DNA of 23,522 nucleotides from a virus (Duplodnaviria > Heunggongvirae > Uroviricota > Caudoviricetes). Made by a program: the position numbers and the translations under genes. The DNA is taken from the IMG/VR virus record IMGVR_UViG_2703718809_000014; one strand, given 5' to 3'. The notes under the pieces were generated by a model. The model was not told where the DNA came from, did not search any database, and saw nothing but the letters and a program-made list of their open reading frames with translations. Shown in pieces: positions 1 to 8,476 of the stretch. Every line of letters starts with the position of its first letter. Positions within the stretch are counted from its first letter, which is position 1.

Positions 1-1005
1 TTAATCCCCCGTGGACACTGCGTGGACACTTACGCCACCTTTCAGCGGATTAAGGGCCACCGCATCCTGCAGGTAATCCGGTGCAAAATGCGCATATGCC
101 ATTGTTTGCTGAATGGTTGCGTGACCAAGAATCTTCTGAAGCGCAATAATGTTTCCTCCGTTCATCACAAAATGGCTGGCGAACGTATGCCGCAGCACAT
201 GTGCAGCCTGGCCTTTTGGTAAATCGGGCTTAACTCTTTTCAGCGCCAGGCAGAATTCCCGGTACTTCACCTCAAACAAGCTGCCTGTTTCTCTGGTTTT
301 GATCGCCTCACAAACTGCCTGCGAAATTGGCACTGTTCTCTTCCGGCCATTTTTGGTTTCAAGAAACGTTACACGGTTATGAACTATCTGTTCACCACGA
401 AGCTTACAAGCTTCACTCCAGCGCGCCCCTGTGCTTAAACACAAAAGCGCAACACGCCAGTAGTCGCCCTCCAGTGTATCGAGCAATAGCGCCACTTCCT
501 TCTGTGACAGGAACGCCATTTCTCGTGGAGATACATAAAGAATAGAAATTCCCCTTACTGGATGTTCTGCATCCCAAAGACCTATTTTTTTCAGCACGGT
601 AAACATTCCGGATAACCGATTCATGTACCTGTTAGCAGATGACGGTTTCAATCCTTCAGCTATCTTTTGAGAACGCCACGCGATAATTTTCAGCTTATCA
701 AGATCCACAGCCTGCATATCAGCGCCAAGCTCATTAATTATGTTGCGCAGTTGTTTTCGGTCTTCTTCCGCCTTACGCCTGTGCTGGCCGTGATACATCC
801 ACCACAACTCAAGCAAATCATTTAGCGTTCGACGATCACGGTAGCCCTGTATATATTCCCGCTTTTCAGCGTTCGCCATGATGTAGCGTTCAGTGGCCAC
901 CGCTACCGATTTTTTGTCAAATACCTTACGCACGCGCTTTCCCTTGCGTCCGTTCGGCCTGATGTCCAGCAAATAACGACCATCTTCGAGCTTCTTAATC
1001 GACAT
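1..1005 (-). CDS. int: Tyrosine integrase (P2 Int-like)
   Basis: 334-aa ORF with C-terminal catalytic region HVLRHTFASHFVMNGGNIIALQKILGHATIQQTMAYAHF (R..H..R..Y signature). Start ATG at 1005 preceded by GGAGGG; the ORF track TTG start at 1020 is less likely. Confidence 0.9.
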   Translation of the reverse strand: MSIKKLEDGRYLLDIRPNGRKGKRVRKVFDKKSVAVATERYIMANAEKREYIQGYRDRRTLNDLLELWWMYHGQHRRKAEEDRKQLRNIINELGADMQAVDLDKLKIIAWRSQKIAEGLKPSSANRYMNRLSGMFTVLKKIGLWDAEHPVRGISILYVSPREMAFLSQKEVALLLDTLEGDYWRVALLCLSTGARWSEACKLRGEQIVHNRVTFLETKNGRKRTVPISQAVCEAIKTRETGSLFEVKYREFCLALKRVKPDLPKGQAAHVLRHTFASHFVMNGGNIIALQKILGHATIQQTMAYAHFAPDYLQDAVALNPLKGGVSVHAVSTGD

Positions 1006-1101
1006 TACGAAGCCCTCCAATGAACCGCTCTACAATTTCTCCAGCCTCTTTCCAGCAATAATCAGACCAGACAAAAAGCAGGTCTAACCAGTTTTCTGGC
1101 C

Positions 1102-1422
1102 TCAGCGGGATAATTTTTGGATTGTTTCGGTTGAAACGCGATCTCCCTCCGAATTGCAGGAACCATCAAGAGAGAGAGCCGGAGAAATTTGCCCGACCTC
1201 CGGCATCGTTTCATCTGTTGATAACCAATAAGCATACTTCTTAAATTTAGGGTGTTTCGTAACCTTAAGTAAGGCACCCTCTGTTACTTGCTTCCCCCTC
1301 ACCTCATAGTTAGTTACCGTCCCATAAGGCAGCCCAACACAATCCGCAAACTCCTGGCGGGTCATACCTTCTGCTTCACGAATCAGGCGAAATTTTTCAC
1401 CCATGCTTGACAAAGATGCCAT
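1102..1422 (-). CDS. C: Immunity repressor (P2 C-like)
   Basis: 106 aa from ATG at 1422 (GGAGGA upstream). Motif GLPYGTVTNYE...KFKKYAYWL...EVGQISPALS resembles P2 C (GVPYGTLSYYE...QFTKYTLWF...ESGQIAPALA as recalled). Leftward between int and cox as in P2. Confidence 0.75.
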   Translation of the reverse strand: MASLSSMGEKFRLIREAEGMTRQEFADCVGLPYGTVTNYEVRGKQVTEGALLKVTKHPKFKKYAYWLSTDETMPEVGQISPALSLDGSCNSEGDRVSTETIQKLSR

Positions 1423-1535
1423 ATCGGGCATATCCTCCATCGCAACATGCCACATCGGGCACAAACATAAAAACACTCAAATAAGCCGATATAAGCCATT
1501 TTGAGCCATTCGAACGAATTAGGGAGATTACCACA
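1423..1535. promoter_or_regulatory. C/cox immunity switch region with direct-repeat candidate operators (ATAAGCC, AGCCATT)
   Basis: Intergenic between divergent C and cox. Contains taagccgatATAAGCCATTttgAGCCATTcg at about 1480-1510, direct rather than inverted repeats, as P2 C operators are. Confidence 0.5.
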
Positions 1536-1823
1536 ATGAGCGAATCAGAGCTTGGGGGGTTCATTCAGGTAGCACCATATCCACTTGAAGCGGTGCCATA
1601 TCAACTATTCGCCAAGATGATCGGCCGCAAGGAATCCACAGTCAGAACCATGATTGACGCAGCAAAGCTACCGACAATTGACTTTGTGAAACCAGGTTCA
1701 GTAAAGACGCGTGCATCAGAAAACTGGGTATATCTGCCAGCATTTAACGAAGGCATGCGCAAAGCGTTTTTTGAGCAACCGAAAGAACGCCGCGACGCAT
1801 GGTTGTTGTGGCTGGGACTTTAG
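1536..1823 (+). CDS. cox: Cox-like excisionase / switch regulator
   Basis: 95 aa; YQLFAKMIGRKESTVRTMIDAAKLPTIDF...ENWVYLPAFNEGMRKAF...RRDAWLLWLGL parallels P2 Cox (YQEFAKLIGKSTGAVRRMIDKGKLPVID...EYWVYLPAWNNGL...IRDGWLMWLGL as recalled). Confidence 0.8.
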   Translation: MSESELGGFIQVAPYPLEAVPYQLFAKMIGRKESTVRTMIDAAKLPTIDFVKPGSVKTRASENWVYLPAFNEGMRKAFFEQPKERRDAWLLWLGL

Positions 1824-1829
1824 TCATAA

Positions 1830-2036
1830 ATGACCAGCCATATCATCAGCGCCATTCTGACCCTTGTTTTTATTGAGATAGGCGTAATAGAGATCTATTT
1901 GTTTCGCAAGTTAACGGGACATGAAGAACGCTTTATTGAACTCAGCATTGAATATATCGCCGCTTATACCAAAGGACTTTTCCCGGCAGCTATTGGGGCG
2001 ATGTTTATAGCGTTTGTTATCTGGTTTATCGGGTGA
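1830..2036 (+). CDS. Small hydrophobic protein (two predicted TM segments)
   Basis: 68-aa ORF directly after cox; strongly hydrophobic N- and C-terminal stretches; weak RBS. Confidence 0.4.
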   Translation: MTSHIISAILTLVFIEIGVIEIYLFRKLTGHEERFIELSIEYIAAYTKGLFPAAIGAMFIAFVIWFIG

Positions 2037-2179
2037 GAAACCTGACAACCCACAACTACTGCAATGAGGGTAATTATGTGTGGCATGGACAAATTGGACC
2101 TTATGTTAATTGTAATACTATCAATTAACTTCGGTTACCTCTTAAGCGGCGCAATTCTCATGTGCGGAGGCAAACGAAA

Positions 2180-2287
2180 ATGAACCAGCAGTCCGCAAAA
2201 CGTGAAAACAATGCGATGCGATTTAATCGCAAATATTTTGAGTTCGGCCTCTATGCCGGAATAATTAAATCTGTACAGAGTCTTTAA
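2180..2287 (+). CDS. Short ORF (35 aa), hypothetical
   Basis: ATG at 2180 preceded by GGAGG with about 9-nt spacing; translation MNQQSAKRENNAMRFNRKYFEFGLYAGIIKSVQSL; below the ORF-track size cutoff. Confidence 0.25.
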   Translation: MNQQSAKRENNAMRFNRKYFEFGLYAGIIKSVQSL

Positions 2288-2288
2288 C

Positions 2289-2630
2289 ATGAAACAGCAA
2301 CGTAATTCACGCTTTCGCAATGGTGCAGAACGCCACGCTAACCGTTTTGCTACCAGTGCATCACGCAGCAACATCCGCTACAGCCTGAGTGATACACACG
2401 CAACGCCGGATGGCTACCCAGTAAAACAAATCGGCGAGCACGCCTGGCTGATTGAGAAAGCTGGAATCGTGATCCACAAATGCCCACGCAATCCGTTTAC
2501 CGGAAACCGCATTTTTGCATTGAGCTGTGGCGACAATCAGTTCGGGCAGGATTTCACATTATACGAAGCACTTCGCACGGTTGATCGTCTGCTTCGCGGG
2601 CAAAGTTTTATTAAACAGGCTGATTTATAA
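2289..2630 (+). CDS. Hypothetical early protein
   Basis: 113-aa ORF in the rightward early operon; no recognisable motifs; weak RBS. Confidence 0.45.
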   Translation: MKQQRNSRFRNGAERHANRFATSASRSNIRYSLSDTHATPDGYPVKQIGEHAWLIEKAGIVIHKCPRNPFTGNRIFALSCGDNQFGQDFTLYEALRTVDRLLRGQSFIKQADL

Positions 2631-2640
2631 CGGGTGCTTT

Positions 2641-2928
2641 ATGACCAAAGACCATGCACAAGGTGTATTTATCCGTTTTATTGATTTTCGCGGTGAACTG
2701 TTATTACGTGCATCCGCTATTGACGGAGTGACTCCGGCGGGTAAAAACGGAGCCGACGAAGCCACTTACGTCTATCTGAACGGCACGCGACTGCTTGTGG
2801 AACTTCCGTACCAGACCGTACGAGAAATCATTAGCGAAGCTGAAAAGGCACGCCAGGTTAATGGCGATGAACCCTATATCGAAATTATTTGTATGGATTC
2901 AGAAGCTGAAATACAGAAAGCAGATTAA
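2641..2928 (+). CDS. Hypothetical early protein
   Basis: Internal ATG at 2641 of ORF 2527-2928 preferred, to avoid overlap with the upstream ORF; 95 aa. Confidence 0.5.
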   Translation: MTKDHAQGVFIRFIDFRGELLLRASAIDGVTPAGKNGADEATYVYLNGTRLLVELPYQTVREIISEAEKARQVNGDEPYIEIICMDSEAEIQKAD

Positions 2929-2939
2929 AGGGTGTTGCA

Positions 2940-3182
2940 ATGGACAAAGAATATAAAACACTCATCAACAAAGCACTTGAGCGTTTTTATTTTCGCTTAA
3001 GTGCATCAGGCGTTCATGCTGAACGTGCAGCCCGTGACTCATTGACCAGGGCAATCCGGAGTCTGTATGACGTGGCTTTTTACGCTGATGATCTGGATGC
3101 ACTTAACGAACTTTCCGAGCTGATCTGTGCCGCAGAATGCGGAGAACATATTGAACCGTATAAGCTGGGGAATATCGCATGA
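2940..3182 (+). CDS. Hypothetical early protein
   Basis: 80-aa ORF; stop overlaps the next small ORF start (ATGA). Confidence 0.5.
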   Translation: MDKEYKTLINKALERFYFRLSASGVHAERAARDSLTRAIRSLYDVAFYADDLDALNELSELICAAECGEHIEPYKLGNIA

Positions 3183-3292
3183 GTATATTTATCTCATGGC
3201 TTGTTCTGATTATTTCGGTGGCCTGCGCCATTGGGATTATGCGAATTATTAATTCAGTGAAAAAGATCGAGCGTTTTTTCTCTGATGAATAA
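3179..3292 (+). CDS. Small membrane peptide (37 aa)
   Basis: ATG at 3179 overlaps the preceding stop; translation MSIFISWLVLIISVACAIGIMRIINSVKKIERFFSDE, one hydrophobic helix then a basic tail. Confidence 0.35.
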   Translation: MSIFISWLVLIISVACAIGIMRIINSVKKIERFFSDE

Positions 3293-3385
3293 CGATACAA
3301 ATAAAACATCAAATTAAATAAGAAAACGTGAAAACCATCCGTATTAACGGAGGTATTCGCACACGCAAATAACGGAGATACAAAA

Positions 3386-3796
3386 ATGCACGCAAAAGAA
3401 GAAGGTATCATCAGAGCACTGAAAGAAATTTCAAAGATGGAAAGCGAAGTAGCGAAAAAAGCCGTGGCCAATGCTCACATGGACGTCGCAACCCACACAA
3501 TGATAGTCGCAAAAGTCACGGCAGAAGCTGCCAAAATCATCGAAGAACAGGGTGTGGAACTTGCGCTTCTCAAAACTAAACCAGTCACCGGACTGGATTT
3601 ATCTGACACCGGACGCCTTATTTACACTATTGGCTCGGAGCCACAGCGATACACCATTATCGCCGGATTACAGAACAAATACCTGATCACTCCTCACCCC
3701 ATAAGGGAATCAGCGCTTCTGACAAATCTCCGCCTGATAGAGCGCTCTCAAGTTGCATTCATTGATGACGCCCGACACACCGTATTTAACGCATAG
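3386..3796 (+). CDS. Hypothetical early protein
   Basis: 136-aa ORF with GGAG-type RBS (aacGGAGatacaaaaATG). Confidence 0.6.
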   Translation: MHAKEEGIIRALKEISKMESEVAKKAVANAHMDVATHTMIVAKVTAEAAKIIEEQGVELALLKTKPVTGLDLSDTGRLIYTIGSEPQRYTIIAGLQNKYLITPHPIRESALLTNLRLIERSQVAFIDDARHTVFNA

Positions 3797-3819
3797 GGTT
3801 ACTGGACAAAGGGGGTGCA

Positions 3820-4023
3820 ATGGCAATTAAGCATTTTCCCGTCGTTCGCTTTACCTCCAGAGGGCGCGAATACGAGGTCGACGAACGCCTGATTACCACT
3901 ATCGACAAACATCGTTCGGAAAAGGATGCACACCACATCTACCTCACTGACGGCACTTACTTCTGCGCCACCAACGTGGCGCGGGTGAATCTTATCCGAC
4001 AGGTACAGGAGCCACGCAGATGA
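3820..4023 (+). CDS. Hypothetical early protein
   Basis: 67-aa ORF; stop overlaps the next start (ATGA), implying translational coupling. Confidence 0.55.
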   Translation: MAIKHFPVVRFTSRGREYEVDERLITTIDKHRSEKDAHHIYLTDGTYFCATNVARVNLIRQVQEPRR

Positions 4024-4286
4024 CCATTCTGGACTACATCGCTACTCATCCGGGTTGTAGCGGCGGAGAGATCGCCGCAGCACTGAATACTCCAACCACA
4101 GCCATTAATGCTGAGTTACGCCAACTTTGGCGCGGCGGCTTAGTCATCAGAACAAACCGCAGCACAGGTGGTCGCGCTCGCAAAACTGGAGGCCAGGCTT
4201 CTTACCACGTAAACCCGATGCCGTTCGGGTGTAGCAATCCACTTACTCACATGTTTAACCAGCTACTGAAGGAAGCCAGAACATGA
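4020..4286 (+). CDS. Putative winged-helix DNA-binding protein
   Basis: 88 aa; LDYIATHPGCSGGEIAAALNTPTTAINAELRQLWRGGLVIR has an HTH/wing pattern; coupled to ORFs on both sides by ATGA overlaps. Confidence 0.55.
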   Translation: MTILDYIATHPGCSGGEIAAALNTPTTAINAELRQLWRGGLVIRTNRSTGGRARKTGGQASYHVNPMPFGCSNPLTHMFNQLLKEART

Positions 4287-4582
4287 GCACCATCAACCAC
4301 CAGAAGCTACGCGAACTGGCATTTGCCCTGCAACGAATGGCAACGCCTCAAAAATTACTGGCATTTCGCGCAATGCTCTCGCCGTCTGCTGTGCTGGCAC
4401 TGCTGGATGAGCTGGAGCACGCCAGAACCACGGCTCCTGCCATTCGCCTGACACTCCATCATGAAATCGCTGATTTCTGCGCGACGTTGGAGGCACCCGG
4501 CGAACCGGAAACGCCGGAAGCAATACAGCAAGAGCTGCTGCAACGCATTGACAAGGTTTTTGATTTTTTTCTGAACCAGTAA
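4283..4582 (+). CDS. Hypothetical early protein
   Basis: 99-aa ORF, ATGA-coupled to the upstream gene. Confidence 0.6.
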   Translation: MSTINHQKLRELAFALQRMATPQKLLAFRAMLSPSAVLALLDELEHARTTAPAIRLTLHHEIADFCATLEAPGEPETPEAIQQELLQRIDKVFDFFLNQ

Positions 4583-4705
4583 GAAACCAGAACATGCACA
4601 CACAAAAAAACCGCTTGCCATGCCGCAATCGGTCAGGTTACATTTCCGCTGCACCTCATAAAACGGGTGCCGGGATTCTCAACCCGATACAGAGCAAAGC
4701 GCATA

Positions 4706-4726
4706 ACCGCGCCAGCGGTTTTTTTG
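4706..4726 (+). terminator. Terminator-like hairpin (ACCGC-GCCA-GCGGT plus T7 run)
   Basis: Short GC stem, 4-nt loop, then TTTTTTT, read directly from the sequence in the non-coding stretch. Confidence 0.4.
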
Positions 4727-4904
4727 TGCGTACTGTATTGCCACGTCTTTTTCGCGTCAGAATTATGGCGGGGCGTACGGGGCCGACTTCGGTCGGGCCG
4801 GATTCTTTGCTCTCCGGTGTTGAGAACCCTGTACGTCTCGCCACCCCGAGATTCTCAACTCTGGATGGTGAGCTATTTCTATCACCGAGCAAAGAGGCCA
4901 CACC

Positions 4905-5135
4905 ATGGCAAACCGCAAACAACAGCGCGCATACGCTGCGCGTCGTCACATCCAGACTGAAATCAACCGTAGACTTTTCCGCGCATCACGCGTCGCGCAA
5001 ATCATGCACATCAATATGCTGCATGAGCGCAGCCACGCGCTATCGAACATCTATTCCGCCTCTGTTTTCAGCTATCTGGCGGATGATCTGCGCGAGCTGC
5101 AACAACTCTTCCAGCAGCAAAACAAACTCCATTAA
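4905..5135 (+). CDS. Hypothetical early protein
   Basis: 76-aa ORF with AGAGG upstream of the ATG; basic N-terminus. Confidence 0.45.
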   Translation: MANRKQQRAYAARRHIQTEINRRLFRASRVAQIMHINMLHERSHALSNIYSASVFSYLADDLRELQQLFQQQNKLH

Positions 5136-5207
5136 TTCCTGTTCCGGGCCTTTCCTGCACCTTGCGGCGGGAGGCCTTCGCACATCTGTAGTAAAGAGAA
5201 TTGCAGC

Positions 5208-5597
5208 ATGATTGACGCTCATGACTTCACAAGATGGGTGCGCACACAGGACACCCGTCTGGCTCCCGTTCTTCAGGGATTATTTGATCTCTACATCCGT
5301 GGTCGTGACAACAGAGCACGCACCACAAAACCGGAAAATGCAGACACCCTTTATTTCACAGTAGACGACTGCTACCGCGTGGACTTCACACCACACGGGC
5401 TGGCGTTGCATTGCCTGACACCACACGGAGAATCACTGCTGGCGTATTACGACTCCCCGGCCTCCGTATTTGCGGCAATGCTGGCGCATCGCACTGCTGG
5501 CGGGTGTGCCTCGCTGAGTGAATACACCGCTGAATTTAACCGCCTTTCTGCCCTCTTCTCGCAGGAGTGGCAGCGCGTGACGGGATACCAGCCATGA
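5208..5597 (+). CDS. Hypothetical protein immediately upstream of gpA
   Basis: 129-aa ORF; its stop overlaps the gpA start (ATGA). Confidence 0.6.
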   Translation: MIDAHDFTRWVRTQDTRLAPVLQGLFDLYIRGRDNRARTTKPENADTLYFTVDDCYRVDFTPHGLALHCLTPHGESLLAYYDSPASVFAAMLAHRTAGGCASLSEYTAEFNRLSALFSQEWQRVTGYQP

Positions 5598-8434
5598 GTG
5601 AGTTTGCATGGAGCTGGAATGAACCACGGCCAGCCATTGATCCGGCCAGATTTACGGAGCACAGGCAGGAAACTGAAACCGACCTACAACGCGCCATCCG
5701 TTACTACCTTGAGGCAGACAAAAAGGCTCTGGAAGAACAGGAAGCGAAGGAGGAAGCCTTTTTCGCACAATCCACCGTGGGTAAAAAACTCATGGCATCC
5801 CTTGAGGAAGCCGGACAGCGTGAAAAGCTGGCACAAAGCATCATCAGCAAGCGTCAGGCAACAGAACAAGACCCGGTGGCCCGTGCTTTTGCCACACTGA
5901 AGGTGCTTCCCGTTTATCTGCGTGAACCTCTGAGCCGCCACCTCTCTTTCCTGCGCAAAAAACAGGAAGCCGATCGCCAGAAAGGCAAAAAGAGCTGGCA
6001 GGCTGAACGCTACGCGCGCGGAACCCTGCGCAAAATATTCGAACGCCTGGACCGCACCGATCACCGCTGGCTGACACCGGGTTATCGCTCCCTTGCCGGA
6101 CGCGAACGCCTGGACGATTTGCTTTACCTGCCGCAGCTCAACAAACACCAGATACAGACGCTGGCCACCATGACGGCGGCGATGTTCAGCAGCACCTTCG
6201 AAAAACTCTGCGATGGCTTTGGTGCGACTGATGGCGAACTGACCATGGATGTAACGCTGAAGGCGTATCAGATGCTGGCCCGCATGGCGTTACACCTGCA
6301 CGCCATGCCTCCACATTATGACGCACTGACAACAGACAAAGACCGGAGGAACGAACCGGACACGGAGCTGCTGCCGGGCGCAATCCTTCGCCTGACCTGT
6401 GCGGAATGGTGGAAACGCAAACTGTGGCTGTTACGTTGCGAGTGGAGAGAAGAACAACTCCGCGCCGCCTGTCTGGTTTCCAGAAAAACATCACCCTATC
6501 TGAGCCAGGACGCGTTAAGCGAGTTTCGCGCACAGCGCGAGAAAACACGCGATTTCCTGAAAAGTTTCATGCTGGAAAACGAAGACGGGTTCACGATTGA
6601 TCTCGAGACAGTGTATTACGCGGGAGTAAGTAACCCGGTTCACCGTAAGGCAGAAATGATGGCCACCATGAAGGGGCTGGAACTTCTGGCCGAAGCCCGT
6701 GGCGACAAAGCGGTGTTTCTGACTGTCACCTGCCCGTCAAAATACCACGCCACAACAGAGAACGGTCATCCGAATCCCAAATGGAACGGGGCCACCATGC
6801 GCGACTCCAGCGATTACCTGGTTAACACGTTTTTTGCGGCGGTCCGCAAGAAACTGAACCGCGACGGCCTGCGCTGGTATGGCATCCGCACGGTGGAGCC
6901 TCACCATGACGGCACCGTGCACTGGCATATGATGGTCTTTGCTCATCCGGAAGAAATCGACACCATTGTGTCCCACACCCGCGATATTGCCATTCAGGAA
7001 GACCGCCACGAGCTGGGCAATGATATTACTCCGCGCTTTAAGGTGGAGTATGTCGACGGCTCAAAAGGCACGCCAACCAGCTACATCGCCACCTACATCG
7101 GAAAGAACCTGGACAGCCGCGCCGTGGATGGCATCGACCCGAAAACGGGCAAGCCACGCGTTGACCACGAAACCGGAAAATCAATGGCCGAGAGCGTGGA
7201 ACGCGCCATCGGCTGGGCACGCCTTCACCGGGTCCGCCAGTTCCAGTTCTTTGGCATCCCCTCCCGTCAGGTATGGCGTGAACTCCGCCGCCTTGCCAGC
7301 CAGATGGCACGCAACCCGGAAGGCCCGCAACGGCTGAAGGATGATGCAATGGATGCGGTACTCGCTGCCGCTGATGCCGGGTGTTTTGCCACCTACATTG
7401 AGAAACAGGGCGGCGTACTTGTTCCACGCAAAGACTACCTGATTCGCACCGCCTACGACCTCGCAGATGAGCTGAACGATTACGGCGAACAGAGCGTACA
7501 GATTTACGGGATTTGGTCACCACTCATCGGGGAATCCTCCCGTGTGTGCACGCACCCGGATAACTGGAAGCTGGTAAGACGTAAACCGGAAGCGGAAGAC
7601 AGCACCCGCGAAAATGGTTTTGACCTTCAGGGCGGCCCTGCCGCCCCTTGGACTCGTGGCAATAACTGTCCCCGTGTACAGGAAACGGACAACAACGGGA
7701 CAGAACAGCCGGAAGAACGGCCAGCACCGTGGCCGCAGCTTCCTGACGGCGTTGATGTGGATGAATGGATGCGCTCACTGAAACGGCACGAACGCCGGGC
7801 GCTGATGCGTTCGCTGCGTGACAAACAGGCAAAAAACAGCAGTGATGAAATGCAGAGCTGGACACAGAGCCGCAAACAGCAGCGGCCTTTACCTGATAAC
7901 CACGAATTACTCGCTAAAGAATGGCGGGAGTCTGCCGAATCTCTCGGCCTGCATATCGGTGAACAGCAGATGCAGCACCTGTTACGGGGCGGCAGCCTGT
8001 ACGTTGACGGCAGCATCATTGCACCGCAGGGGTTTGAAATTGTACGCAAACCGGATACCCGCCCGGACAGCCGAATCACGCAGCTCTGGCAGCGCCTGAG
8101 CCGTAATCACGGCGTAAGCAGCACGGAGATCCGCCATAACCCGGTCGCCAGCTATCTGGAACAGCTGGGGGCATCAGACCCCGAAGCCGCCGCACGCCTG
8201 GCATCCACACTTCAGCAGGACCAGAACACCATGAAAACACCCGTTACCGTGCTTTCTGACATGCTGCGCGCCATCCGTGACGCAGAGCACGCACAGAGAA
8301 TCAGTGAAACCACTGAACGCGCCCGCCGCAAAGCAGATCTGCTGCGGGGTGGCCTGACCAGTGGAAACAAAAAACAGACAGAAACGGGATTCACAAATCC
8401 CGTAAATGAGCAAAAAACGCGCCGCGATATATGA
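5594..8434 (+). CDS. A: Rolling-circle replication initiator endonuclease (P2 gpA-like)
   Basis: 946 aa from ATG at 5594. Contains HUH-type motif TVHWHMMVFAHPEEID and paired catalytic tyrosines in TSYIATYIGKN (Y-x3-Y), both characteristic of P2 gpA-type Rep proteins. Confidence 0.9.
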   Translation: MSEFAWSWNEPRPAIDPARFTEHRQETETDLQRAIRYYLEADKKALEEQEAKEEAFFAQSTVGKKLMASLEEAGQREKLAQSIISKRQATEQDPVARAFATLKVLPVYLREPLSRHLSFLRKKQEADRQKGKKSWQAERYARGTLRKIFERLDRTDHRWLTPGYRSLAGRERLDDLLYLPQLNKHQIQTLATMTAAMFSSTFEKLCDGFGATDGELTMDVTLKAYQMLARMALHLHAMPPHYDALTTDKDRRNEPDTELLPGAILRLTCAEWWKRKLWLLRCEWREEQLRAACLVSRKTSPYLSQDALSEFRAQREKTRDFLKSFMLENEDGFTIDLETVYYAGVSNPVHRKAEMMATMKGLELLAEARGDKAVFLTVTCPSKYHATTENGHPNPKWNGATMRDSSDYLVNTFFAAVRKKLNRDGLRWYGIRTVEPHHDGTVHWHMMVFAHPEEIDTIVSHTRDIAIQEDRHELGNDITPRFKVEYVDGSKGTPTSYIATYIGKNLDSRAVDGIDPKTGKPRVDHETGKSMAESVERAIGWARLHRVRQFQFFGIPSRQVWRELRRLASQMARNPEGPQRLKDDAMDAVLAAADAGCFATYIEKQGGVLVPRKDYLIRTAYDLADELNDYGEQSVQIYGIWSPLIGESSRVCTHPDNWKLVRRKPEAEDSTRENGFDLQGGPAAPWTRGNNCPRVQETDNNGTEQPEERPAPWPQLPDGVDVDEWMRSLKRHERRALMRSLRDKQAKNSSDEMQSWTQSRKQQRPLPDNHELLAKEWRESAESLGLHIGEQQMQHLLRGGSLYVDGSIIAPQGFEIVRKPDTRPDSRITQLWQRLSRNHGVSSTEIRHNPVASYLEQLGASDPEAAARLASTLQQDQNTMKTPVTVLSDMLRAIRDAEHAQRISETTERARRKADLLRGGLTSGNKKQTETGFTNPVNEQKTRRDI

Positions 8435-8476
8435 AGCGCGCATAAAACAGGCAAAAACGGGATTTCAGAATCCCGT
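8384..8476. repeat. Twin 20-bp palindromes ACGGGATT-N4-AATCCCGT (8384-8403 and 8457-8476) within a roughly 35-bp direct repeat
   Basis: Read directly: ACGGGATTCACAAATCCCGT and ACGGGATTTCAGAATCCCGT, each with perfect 8-bp inverted arms; the first lies inside the gpA 3' end, the second between gpA and the parM-like gene. Confidence 0.7.

Noticed and set aside
1005-1020. TTG start extending integrase by 5 codons
   Set aside because: ATG at 1005 has a GGAGGG RBS at proper spacing and matches P2 Int length.
4583-4904. Retron msr/msd or other reverse-transcriptase-associated RNA
   Set aside because: Considered because retrons occur in P2-like prophages and the region is structured, but there is no reverse-transcriptase-sized ORF anywhere in the window.
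4594-5211. 205-aa ORF on the plus strand
   Set aside because: Arg/Ser/Cys-rich, low-complexity translation spanning a region full of hairpins and overlapping the better-supported 4905-5135 ORF; more likely non-coding.
5684-8099. Multiple minus-strand and out-of-frame ORFs (for example 5684-6148, 7038-7523, 7627-8079)
   Set aside because: All lie within gpA; GC-rich shadow frames with Arg/Cys/Ser-rich translations.
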